Positions 55,669-64,000 of a stretch of DNA of 64,000 nt are shown here, in pieces. The DNA lies in assembly GCA_013286655.1 (NCBI GenBank), contig JABDFG010000005.1, positions 9,712 through 73,711 on the forward strand, read 5' to 3'. Under the pieces are notes generated by a model. That model saw only the letters and a program-made list of their open reading frames with translations, was not told the origin of the DNA and searched no databases. This stretch comes from Bacteroidota bacterium (lineage in GTDB: Bacteria; Bacteroidota; Bacteroidia; JABDFU01). Position 1 is the stretch's first letter; every line of letters begins with the position of its first letter. The translations under genes were made by a program, and so were the position numbers.

Positions 55669-58374
55669 TTAGTTTATTCCTTTGCTATAGAAACCAAGGG
55701 GTATCAATTCTTCCAAGGTCATGCGTTTGCCTTTGTAGGTGGCAACAATCCACGCATCCCGGGTGCCGAGGGCTATTATCTTTTGCCTTAATTTCTCCGT
55801 ATCCTTCAACGTGTTGAACTCCCCGGTTATAAAACGTGTTATCCCGTCACCGACCGCGTCGTAACGGTCAACACTACGGCCGATACCTTTCAGATGATTG
55901 TATTTGAAATTTTCCGGATGGTGATACGCTCCTACCTGTACTTTAAAGGTCATGCCTTCCACACACATAGAACCGGCTATGTTCATTAACAGATTGTAGG
56001 TTGCCGGATCATTCAGACTCTTGCCGGCCAAAGCGGAAAAATCATAGGTTTTCCCACTTTCACAGGGAGTGCCTTCTTCTTTTGCTGAAGCAGTAGTAGT
56101 TGTTGCCGAAGTTTCTTCTGTTTTCCGAGTTTCCTTTTGTGCCTTTGCTCTGGCTTCTGTTTTCGTTTCAGAAACGGCTTTAGTTGCGGTCTCCTTTATT
56201 ACAGGTTGTGGTTTTGTTGAGGAAATTGTTGCAGAACCCGGCTTAGCTGATGTAACAACTTCAGGTACAGATTCTGTTGCTATTGGGTTAGGCCTGGTCT
56301 TGATCACCGTTGGTTCGGTAGGCACTGTATAATCCTTTTTGGCATAATAGGCCGCGTAATAATCCTGCAATAATCTGTCCTTCCCTTTGTCATTCACCGT
56401 AAGTTGAGAAACGGTATTAAAAGTACTGTCCTTTGTAATTACTTTTTTTCGAATATTTTCTGCGTCATCCATCGTGTTAAATCCCGCAATGTGGAAGGTA
56501 GTGCTGCCATTTGCATTTTTAACACTGTCGATTTTACCCAGATCGCTGAATTTGGATGGGTTGAAATCTGATGCCGTCTGATAGGTTCCTAAATCTACAT
56601 CGTATGTGACGCTGTCTTTCTTCAGATAGCCTGTTTTCTTTAAAAGATCCTTATACTTGCGTGCTTCATAAACTTCAGGGTTACGTTCTTCCACATATTT
56701 TTTTAATTGCTCGTCCAGCTTCTTTTGCAGGTTAGCAGTCCCAATGGAATCAATGTGATGGGCCTTCATATAAGTATCCGTATATAAGTGGATGTCCTGC
56801 TGCAGTGTTACATAACTATCAAGTGTTTTCACATTTATATACTCGTAATGCGGAGGTAAGCCTTCTACTTCAATGGCTAGTTTATAGTTATTACTTGCGG
56901 GAAGTGCTACCGCGTATTTGCCGGTGGTGGAATTTGATTTATAATCTCCTTGTACTTCACCATTTTCCATATTCATCACTTTTATGCTCGCTTCAACCGG
57001 AACCGAATCGGACAGGACTTGTCCGACGGACAAGGCAAGTACCGGCTTGTTGCCCGGCAAGCCGGGAGTCACGACATAAATGTCCTGCTGTCCATAACCT
57101 TCTTTTCGATCTGAAGAGTAGTATCCGGTTTCTCCATCCGGAGTTAATACATAGTACAGATCATCATCTGTTGTGTTCAAAGGCATTCCCATATTTTGAG
57201 GCTCTGACCATTCTCCTGACTTATTGCTGGAAGAAAATATATCGTACCCGCCGATACTGGTATGCCCCTTGGAACTGAAAAACAATGTGGTTCCGTCCGA
57301 ATGAATAAAGGGAGCATCTTCGTCGTATTTGGTGTTTATCTTTTCTCCTAAATTTACCGCAGGTCCCCATTCTCCGTTGGCTTGTTTTTGTGATCTGTAA
57401 ATATCCCTGCCTCCAAACCCTCCCGGACGTTCACTGGCAAAGTATAACTGTTGTTCATCTGTCGACATGGAGACACTTCCTTCCCATGCGTTGGTATTAA
57501 TGGTTGGACCTAATCTTTCCGGTTTCCCCCATACATCTCCTTTCAATTGACTGACATATATGTCTCCTTTGTCCTGAGGTGTACTCTTGAAGATAAAGAG
57601 CTTTTGTCCGTCAAAAGACAGCGCGATACTGGCATCATGTCCTTTGGTATTAATATTTTCGCCAATGCTTTGGGGATCTGTCCATTTTTCGCCGATCTTA
57701 TAACTTATAAAAACATCCTCGTAGTACTGACCGTCCGGAGCGGGATTGAACCCCGCATCCATCAGGCCTCCTGTACTTTTTTCGCCGATATAAGTAAAAA
57801 TTAAAATGGATTGATCTGCATTCAGAATCGGAACATATTCCGAATTTTCCGTATTAACAGGAGGTCCTATGTTTTCTATAATCATGTTCGTACGATTGGT
57901 TGCCGCCGTTTCTCCATTTTTACAATATTCCAGGTAGTGTTCTGCCAGGTTTTTTTTCTGGGTCGAAGGATTCTCTTTCAGGTAGTTCTCAAAATAAGGT
58001 ATTGCCTCCTGAAATTTATAATTAGCATGATATGCACGTCCCAGATTGTAATTATAATCTTCCAGTTTAGGATTGAGGTTGCCGGCGGCTGTAATTAATT
58101 CTATTGCTTTCCCCTTTTCATCTGTTTTATATATATAGCAAATCCCTGTTTTATACTTAAGTTCGGCATTCTCCGGATAATTATCTGTTAACACTTTATA
58201 GATAGCCAATGCCCGAATGAAGTTTCCATCTTTGTAAAAACCATTGGCCGTTTCATACAAACCTTTGTCTTCTTTCGTAAACCTTCCTGACTTAGGTTTT
58301 GGGTTGTCCTGCGCCACTGTATGAACCGCGGAAAGCACAAAGAGAAGTAGCACCAATAAAATGACTTTTTTCAT
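55669..58374 (-). CDS. Large periplasmic/OM-associated protein: signal peptide, TPR repeats, TolB-like PD40 beta-propeller repeats, CarboxypepD_reg-like domain, low-complexity T/K/E linker, SPOR-like C-terminal domain(s)
   Basis: 901 aa. TPR-like helices at the N-terminus, repeated PD40-type segments (S.DG..L.F.S.R.GG.G..DIY), and the C-terminal FKVQVGAY...DAWIVATYKGKR resembling a SPOR fold. The SPOR assignment is tentative. Confidence 0.6.
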   Translation of the reverse strand: MKKVILLVLLLFVLSAVHTVAQDNPKPKSGRFTKEDKGLYETANGFYKDGNFIRALAIYKVLTDNYPENAELKYKTGICYIYKTDEKGKAIELITAAGNLNPKLEDYNYNLGRAYHANYKFQEAIPYFENYLKENPSTQKKNLAEHYLEYCKNGETAATNRTNMIIENIGPPVNTENSEYVPILNADQSILIFTYIGEKSTGGLMDAGFNPAPDGQYYEDVFISYKIGEKWTDPQSIGENINTKGHDASIALSFDGQKLFIFKSTPQDKGDIYVSQLKGDVWGKPERLGPTINTNAWEGSVSMSTDEQQLYFASERPGGFGGRDIYRSQKQANGEWGPAVNLGEKINTKYDEDAPFIHSDGTTLFFSSKGHTSIGGYDIFSSSNKSGEWSEPQNMGMPLNTTDDDLYYVLTPDGETGYYSSDRKEGYGQQDIYVVTPGLPGNKPVLALSVGQVLSDSVPVEASIKVMNMENGEVQGDYKSNSTTGKYAVALPASNNYKLAIEVEGLPPHYEYINVKTLDSYVTLQQDIHLYTDTYMKAHHIDSIGTANLQKKLDEQLKKYVEERNPEVYEARKYKDLLKKTGYLKKDSVTYDVDLGTYQTASDFNPSKFSDLGKIDSVKNANGSTTFHIAGFNTMDDAENIRKKVITKDSTFNTVSQLTVNDKGKDRLLQDYYAAYYAKKDYTVPTEPTVIKTRPNPIATESVPEVVTSAKPGSATISSTKPQPVIKETATKAVSETKTEARAKAQKETRKTEETSATTTTASAKEEGTPCESGKTYDFSALAGKSLNDPATYNLLMNIAGSMCVEGMTFKVQVGAYHHPENFKYNHLKGIGRSVDRYDAVGDGITRFITGEFNTLKDTEKLRQKIIALGTRDAWIVATYKGKRMTLEELIPLGFYSKGIN

Positions 58375-58557
58375 ACGAATTGAATTGTGTTAAAACCTAA
58401 GTCCTTATCTGGTGTTTAAAATTCATTAAAAAAGAAAGGGAAGGAAGGGCATTGATGTAAACTTATAAACGCAACACTGTTAATAACGATGTGCACATAG
58501 GGTCTGAATCTCAATGATATCAGCTATTTTAGAGCTTTAATAATTCATCTGGAAGTT

Positions 58558-59199
58558 ATGGAATTTCTTGACCCTATCCTGGAAGATTACATCACTGCAC
58601 ATACGCAAGCAGAACCGGATGTATTGGCGCGTTTGAACCGGGAAACCAATTTAAAAGTATTAATGCCCCGGATGCTTTCCGGACACTTGCAAGGACAAGT
58701 ATTGCGAATGCTGAGTCACATGATCCGGCCGAAATGCATTTTGGAAATCGGAACATTTACGGGATATTCCGCCATCTGCTTGTCCGACGGATTGACGGAT
58801 GGTGGAAAGTTGATTTCCATTGATATTAATGTAGAGCTGGAGAAAATGGTCAGAAGGTACCTGGCAGAGGCCAATGTTAGCCATAAAGTTGATTACCGGA
58901 TTGGCAATGCAGTAGAAATCATTCCTGCTTTAGATGAAGTTTTTGACCTGGTCTTTATCGATGCCGATAAGGAAAATTACTCCACCTATTATGATCTGGT
59001 TTTTACTAAATTAAAAAGGGGTGGATTTATTATTGCTGATAATGTATTGTGGAGTGGGAAGGTTTTGTTAAAGGATGCGGAGATGGACAAGGATACAGAG
59101 GCTATTTGCGCTTTTAATGACAAGGTTCATGCCGATGACCGGGTCGAACAAGTTCTCTTTCCTGTCAGGGATGGACTGATGGTTGTGAGAAAGAAATGA
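58558..59199 (+). CDS. Class I SAM-dependent O-methyltransferase (family 3, caffeoyl-CoA OMT-like)
   Basis: 213 aa. ILEIGTFTGYSA SAM-binding motif, FIDADKENY, and ADNVLW. Confidence 0.85.
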   Translation: MEFLDPILEDYITAHTQAEPDVLARLNRETNLKVLMPRMLSGHLQGQVLRMLSHMIRPKCILEIGTFTGYSAICLSDGLTDGGKLISIDINVELEKMVRRYLAEANVSHKVDYRIGNAVEIIPALDEVFDLVFIDADKENYSTYYDLVFTKLKRGGFIIADNVLWSGKVLLKDAEMDKDTEAICAFNDKVHADDRVEQVLFPVRDGLMVVRKK

Positions 59200-59214
59200 C
59201 CTGCATTTATTTTC

Positions 59215-60138
59215 TCAGGCAACTGTGGTAATAGTTGGCAGTATAATCAGAAGAGTTCCTATTACCATAAGAATAAACAACACTATTTTTTTTGCAATTT
59301 TATCTTTTCCTACATATTCATTAAATAATCGTGGTATTTTCTTAATGAACAAAAGTGCAAAAATCAGTACAAATACAGGCTGGGTACTTTCAACTCCTTC
59401 AAACAAGGAAACAGGTATAAAATAAACGGCATATACACCTATTATGTCTCCTGTCCAAGTAAAACACTGATTTAAAACAAATAAACCAATTTGCTTTTTC
59501 GAGAGTTCCGTCAAACTTTTTAAATCTTTAAAGTTTTCAGGATGAACCATGAAAAGGGTAACGATGGCCATGTCAACAATAGCTACCCAAATAACAGAAC
59601 TACTCCATTTTACCGATTGCTGAAAAAGATATTTATATAAAACAAGCTGTATTGTCAGCAAAACAGAGACGATCAACATGTAAATACATTCCTTGTTTAA
59701 CCGGATCTTTTTAAAATCAATGGTTAATAATACGCTTGATAAAATAATAGTAAAAAAGCCAAGGTATTGAACCTTTTGAAGATGTTCTCCAACAATAAAA
59801 AAAGCAAAAAGAGGGGTTGCTATTTTTCCAAGAGAAAACAAGGAAACAACTACAGAAGTTTCTGCGGTTCGCAAAGACCAATAATAGGGATATTGGTATG
59901 CCACATTGCATAAGGCAATAAGCAAAACAACGCCGAAAGACGCAAGATTTAGCATTTCGGGACGACCTGTAAAAAAAACAAATGGCAGAAAAAACAGATT
60001 AACGAAACTCGAAAGAAAAATAAGCGTGGTTAACTTCTTGAATATTTTAGCGGAAAAATAATTATCAAAAATGTTTGCCCAAGAATGCAAACAAATAACT
60101 AATAGGGTGCAGCTAATTCCGATCGTATAACCTGACAT
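59215..60138 (-). CDS. DMT-superfamily (EamA-like) membrane transporter
   Basis: 307 aa with about 10 TM segments in two repeated halves. No more specific signature was recognised. Confidence 0.55.
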   Translation of the reverse strand: MSGYTIGISCTLLVICLHSWANIFDNYFSAKIFKKLTTLIFLSSFVNLFFLPFVFFTGRPEMLNLASFGVVLLIALCNVAYQYPYYWSLRTAETSVVVSLFSLGKIATPLFAFFIVGEHLQKVQYLGFFTIILSSVLLTIDFKKIRLNKECIYMLIVSVLLTIQLVLYKYLFQQSVKWSSSVIWVAIVDMAIVTLFMVHPENFKDLKSLTELSKKQIGLFVLNQCFTWTGDIIGVYAVYFIPVSLFEGVESTQPVFVLIFALLFIKKIPRLFNEYVGKDKIAKKIVLFILMVIGTLLIILPTITTVA

Positions 60139-60252
60139 GTAACTATTTATAATTTAACAATATGATTACTTCAATCAATAACTTATTTGCCGTTATTATT
60201 TTTACCTTGGTGTAATTATATCTGACTCAAAAGTATTATTTAATTTTTCCAT

Positions 60253-61326
60253 ATGGACAACTACCTTGAAGACGCAAAAAAAATCATACAGCAGATTAAA
60301 AATAGTGTAGAATCCAAAGCAAAAAACATCGTCATTTTATTGGTTATTAATACAAAGAAAAATTATCAAGCTGCGAATGATTACGAAAATTTTTCTGTTA
60401 AAAGTGAATATTTTTCTGACAAGGAGCTTGACGAAATTACAACGGGCTTCCAAAGCCTTGGTTGTACAGTTGATCTGTCAACCAGTGAGCAGGAATTTAT
60501 TGTCAAGCTTTCGAATAATAGCTTTAAAAAATACGGTGCGTTATACCCCATCGTTTATTACTCGACAGGAGCCGGAACCGGAAAGAGCCGATCAGCAGTA
60601 GTACCTTCTTTGTGCAGTTTATACAACCTCGCTAATTGTTCCAATGATACCTATACTTCCTGCCTTCTTGAAAACAAGGTTCATTTGTTCAATCTCCTTC
60701 ATTATTATGGCTTTTCAATTCCCCGCACCTGGTATTACGACAGGGAGAAGGGATGGTTAAACGGACAACCTCTGAAAGATCTGTTATTAATTGCTAAACC
60801 GGCTTACGAATCTTCCAGTATTGGAGTTACTGATAAATCCGTTTCCGAATACACAAACGAGTTTCAGACTCACATCCATTTTCTTTCAGATTCGTTAAAA
60901 CAGCCTATTCTCGTCCAGGAATTTATAAAAGGCTATGAAGTTGAAGTGCCCTTGTTCGATATTGGAAACCCTTTCACTCCGATGGCTGTTGGAATAAAAA
61001 TAAAAAATACAGAAAACCTTGGAAGTGATTTTTTAACGTATGATAAGGTTTATGGTGATCAGTATACTTTTTATTCCTTTGATAAATTCAATCCCTCTTT
61101 GAGCGAAGAGCTGAAAAAGACAGCGAAGCACTCCTTTTTAAAGTTAAATCTTTCAGGAATGACCCGGGTAGATTTCCGGGTGACGGAAGAAGGCCGGTTC
61201 TACATTATGGATTACAACAATAACCCTCATCTGACACTTTTTCATTCTTGTGCATTTTCAGTAACGAATTTTGGATTTGGTTACTCAGATATGTTTTGTT
61301 TACTCTTATATAAATATTGCAGCTAA
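60253..61326 (+). CDS. ATP-grasp ligase, D-alanine--D-alanine ligase-like family, divergent
   Basis: 357 aa. LIAKPAYESSSIGV, ILVQEFIKGYEVEV and MTRVDFRVTEEGRFYIMDYNNNP align with Ddl ATP-grasp motifs. The N-terminal substrate region is atypical. Confidence 0.6.
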   Translation: MDNYLEDAKKIIQQIKNSVESKAKNIVILLVINTKKNYQAANDYENFSVKSEYFSDKELDEITTGFQSLGCTVDLSTSEQEFIVKLSNNSFKKYGALYPIVYYSTGAGTGKSRSAVVPSLCSLYNLANCSNDTYTSCLLENKVHLFNLLHYYGFSIPRTWYYDREKGWLNGQPLKDLLLIAKPAYESSSIGVTDKSVSEYTNEFQTHIHFLSDSLKQPILVQEFIKGYEVEVPLFDIGNPFTPMAVGIKIKNTENLGSDFLTYDKVYGDQYTFYSFDKFNPSLSEELKKTAKHSFLKLNLSGMTRVDFRVTEEGRFYIMDYNNNPHLTLFHSCAFSVTNFGFGYSDMFCLLLYKYCS

Positions 61327-61335
61327 ACAATTACT

Positions 61336-62352
61336 ATGACCATTGATTTAAGAAGTGATACGGTTACAAAACCCAGCAAGGGGATGCTGGAAGCTATGTT
61401 TCAGGCGAAAGTTGGGGATGATGTTTTCAGAGAAGATCCTACCGTGATGGAGCTGGAGGCAAAAACAGCTGAGTTATTTGGGATGGAAGAAGGCCTGTTT
61501 TGTCCTTCGGGGACTATGACGAACCAGATTGCAATCAAAACGCACACCCAGCCAGGTGATGAAGTTCTTTGTGATGTCTCGGCTCATATTTATAATTATG
61601 AGGGAGGGGGAATAAGTTTTAATTCGGGTGCACAGGCAAAATTGCTTAGCGGTGATAGGGGAAGATTCTCCGCCAGACAAGTGGAAGATAATATAAATCC
61701 TGACCTGGACTGGTTAACTAAAACCCGTCTGGTGGCCGTTGAAAATACGGTCAACAGGGCCGGAGGAAGTTATTATAGCCTGAGTCAACTGAAAGAAATT
61801 GCAACTGTCTGTAAAAAATACAAGATCAACTACCATCTGGATGGAGCCCGTATTTTTAATGCGCTTTGGGAAACGAAGGATAAACCAAAGGAGATCGGAA
61901 GTTTATTTGATTCTGTTTCGGTTTGTCTTTCCAAAGGTCTTGGAGCTCCTGCAGGTTCTGTATTACTGGGAAACAAAGAATTCATCAAACAGGCCAGAAG
62001 GATCCGTAAGGTCTTTGGCGGAGGAATGCGCCAGGCAGGTTTCCTGGCAGCTGCGGGAATTTACGCACTGAATAATAATCTGGAACGCCTGGGAGAGGAT
62101 CATCGCAGAGCCGGGCTTTTGGGAACTGTTATAAAAGCCTTGCCTTTTGTTGAGAGCATGCTTCCTGTTGAAACCAACATCGTCATTTTTACCTTATCAG
62201 ATAAAATGAAGGCAGAGGATTTTGCAAACAGGCTTGCTCCAAACAATATTAAGGTGTCCAACTTTGGTAAGCAATCTATCCGGTTTGTTACGCACCTTGA
62301 TTTTACGGATGAAATGCTGGAAAAAACCTGTGAGGTTTTGAAAAAGATGTAG
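61336..62352 (+). CDS. ltaE: Threonine aldolase-family PLP-dependent aldolase
   Basis: IDLRSDTVTKPS..M..AM....VGDDV..EDPTV..LE, GTM.NQ, and SVCLSKGLGAPAGS (PLP Lys). Confidence 0.85.
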   Translation: MTIDLRSDTVTKPSKGMLEAMFQAKVGDDVFREDPTVMELEAKTAELFGMEEGLFCPSGTMTNQIAIKTHTQPGDEVLCDVSAHIYNYEGGGISFNSGAQAKLLSGDRGRFSARQVEDNINPDLDWLTKTRLVAVENTVNRAGGSYYSLSQLKEIATVCKKYKINYHLDGARIFNALWETKDKPKEIGSLFDSVSVCLSKGLGAPAGSVLLGNKEFIKQARRIRKVFGGGMRQAGFLAAAGIYALNNNLERLGEDHRRAGLLGTVIKALPFVESMLPVETNIVIFTLSDKMKAEDFANRLAPNNIKVSNFGKQSIRFVTHLDFTDEMLEKTCEVLKKM

Positions 62353-62372
62353 TGTAACCTGTTTTACAGTAG

Positions 62373-64000
62373 TCAATTCAACTTGACAGCAATCCCAGGT
62401 ATTTTCCCTAATGTGTCGAGCAATCCATTGCTTGGATTCACCTTTATTTTCCGGGCGGGCATTTCAATCGCCAGGTTTTCCTCTTTATCATAAACAGCGA
62501 AGCGCAGGGAGCACGTGCGTGGCTCTGCTCCGGATGGATCGTTCACAATTCCAAGCAATTTTTCGATGAAAGAATCGGTTAGTTCTGCCAAGGGGATCTG
62601 TATCGTTAAATTTTTTGTCATTTTATCGCGCAACTCGGTAAGTAATTGCATGCTGCTGATCTTGAATTCAAGATTGCCGGGTTGCATGTACCTGTCCTGT
62701 ACTTTTCCTTTTATATACAGAAAGAAACCTTGCACGAGAAAGGCTTTGAATTTTACATAGTCTTCTCCGAAGACCATGAATTCAAAGGAGCCTTTGTAAT
62801 CTTCCATTGTAAAACTCCCAAAGGGTTTGCCCATTTTCGAAACACGGTGGTTGGCAACGGTAATAATGCCTCCAACAGCAATCTCTTTCCCTTTTAATCT
62901 GGGCAGGTCCTGAAAATCGGCGATAGCTGTATTACAAAAACTGGTCAACTCCAGACGGTAGGTATCCAGGGGATGCCCCGAAATATAGATGCCGACCACG
63001 TCCCGCTCATATTTTAATTTTTCGAGGCTTCCCCACTGTTCGCATTGAGGCACTTTGGGCTCGGGCTCCATTACGCCGGATGCTTCTCCAAATAAACTCT
63101 GTTGAGAGGAATTTTTCGCTTCCTGAAAATTATTTCCATAGCGAATGGCTTTTTCAAGAAAACTAATACCATCTCCACTTTCTGAATGAAAGTACTGGGA
63201 ACGGTGTACGTCCGGGAAGGAATCAAAACCTCCGGCGTAGGCCAAGCTTTCAAATGCTTTTTTGTTGGCAGCACGTAGGTTTATTCTGCGGGTAAGATCA
63301 AATATATTTAGGAATGGTCCATTCAGCATACGTTCGTCAACGATGGCAACAACGGCCCCCTCTCCGACTCCTTTCACTGCGCCTAATCCAAAACGTATGT
63401 CGCCTTTTTTATTCACGGCAAACTGATATTGACTTTCATTCACATCGGGTCCCAGCACGGGGACTCCCATGCGTTTGCATTCTTCCATAAAAAAAGTGAC
63501 CTTATCAATGTTATTCAGGTTATGTGTAAGTACGGAAGACATGTACTCCCCAGGGTAATGTGCTTTTAAATAGGCCGTCTGATAAGCCACGAATGCATAA
63601 CAGGTGGAGTGTGACTTGTTAAAAGCGTATTGTGCAAAGGCTTCCCAATCTGTCCATATTTTCTCCAGCTTATCTGCCGCCAAACCTTTATTGGTTGCGC
63701 CCGCTATAAACTTGCTTTTCATTTTATCCAGGGTAGCTCTGTCTTTCTTACCCATGGCCTTGCGCAGTACGTCAGCATCTCCTTTCGAAAAGCCGGCAAG
63801 CTTTTGAGATAATAACATCACCTGCTCCTGGTAAACGGTGATACCATAAGTGTCTTTCAGGTATTCCTCCATTTCGGGAAGATCATAGGAGATCGCTTCC
63901 CTGCCATGTTTGCGTGAAATAAAATTGGGGATATATTCTATAGGCCCCGGACGGTATAAAGCATTCATCGCGATGAGATCCTCAAATTTATCCGGTTTGA
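62373..64000 (-). CDS. dnaE: DNA polymerase III alpha subunit DnaE, C-terminal part (5' end beyond window)
   Basis: The frame stays open to base 64000 (..KPDKFEDLIAMNALYRPGPIEYIP). It has the fingers/beta-binding region and a C-terminal OB fold. Confidence 0.95.
   Translation of the reverse strand, partial: KPDKFEDLIAMNALYRPGPIEYIPNFISRKHGREAISYDLPEMEEYLKDTYGITVYQEQVMLLSQKLAGFSKGDADVLRKAMGKKDRATLDKMKSKFIAGATNKGLAADKLEKIWTDWEAFAQYAFNKSHSTCYAFVAYQTAYLKAHYPGEYMSSVLTHNLNNIDKVTFFMEECKRMGVPVLGPDVNESQYQFAVNKKGDIRFGLGAVKGVGEGAVVAIVDERMLNGPFLNIFDLTRRINLRAANKKAFESLAYAGGFDSFPDVHRSQYFHSESGDGISFLEKAIRYGNNFQEAKNSSQQSLFGEASGVMEPEPKVPQCEQWGSLEKLKYERDVVGIYISGHPLDTYRLELTSFCNTAIADFQDLPRLKGKEIAVGGIITVANHRVSKMGKPFGSFTMEDYKGSFEFMVFGEDYVKFKAFLVQGFFLYIKGKVQDRYMQPGNLEFKISSMQLLTELRDKMTKNLTIQIPLAELTDSFIEKLLGIVNDPSGAEPRTCSLRFAVYDKEENLAIEMPARKIKVNPSNGLLDTLGKIPGIAVKLN

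Overview
The window looks like Bacteroidota chromosomal DNA: T9SS C-terminal sorting domains, the rpmB-rpmG-DUF4295-ftsY-rimO synteny, and a CcmD-alt type ccm cluster. It is mostly core genes. These include a SiaB/SiaC-like partner-switch module beside yajQ, czcCBA-type metal efflux with an OmpR/HisKA pair, bshB1 and gpx, and a System I cytochrome c maturation cluster (ccmBCDEF). Further along are ribosomal protein genes, a thiolase, and a seven-gene envelope-type operon ending in two SGNH genes plus an MBOAT gene. The window ends with dnaA, an adk-obgE-PAP2-crcB-phosphatase operon, and the 3' part of dnaE. I recognised no tRNA or rRNA gene, CRISPR array, transposase or integrase. The one clearly accessory block is a 14.5 kb minus-strand island (10715-25179) of secreted T9SS cargo genes. 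It holds three tandem giant SBBP-repeat/SprB-repeat proteins with type B CTDs and a small type A CTD protein. It also holds a roughly 1000-aa double-malectin type A CTD protein split by a single-base frameshift in a G7 tract. The observations most worth follow-up are as follows. (1) A family of 7-8 nt tandem repeats sits at gene junctions, in both orientations, and most units carry stop codons in all three frames. (2) The G7 frameshift. (3) An adenylate kinase carries a roughly 155-aa lysine-rich extension built from seven 27-nt repeats. (4) Two T9SS cargo genes share a conserved upstream motif, and one of them also has a perfect 27-nt tandem duplication. (5) The ccm cluster has a CxxxY-type CcmE. 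I did not recognise a known defence system, biosynthetic cluster or mobile element. All functional calls rest on recognising motifs in the translated ORFs by eye, not on database searches.
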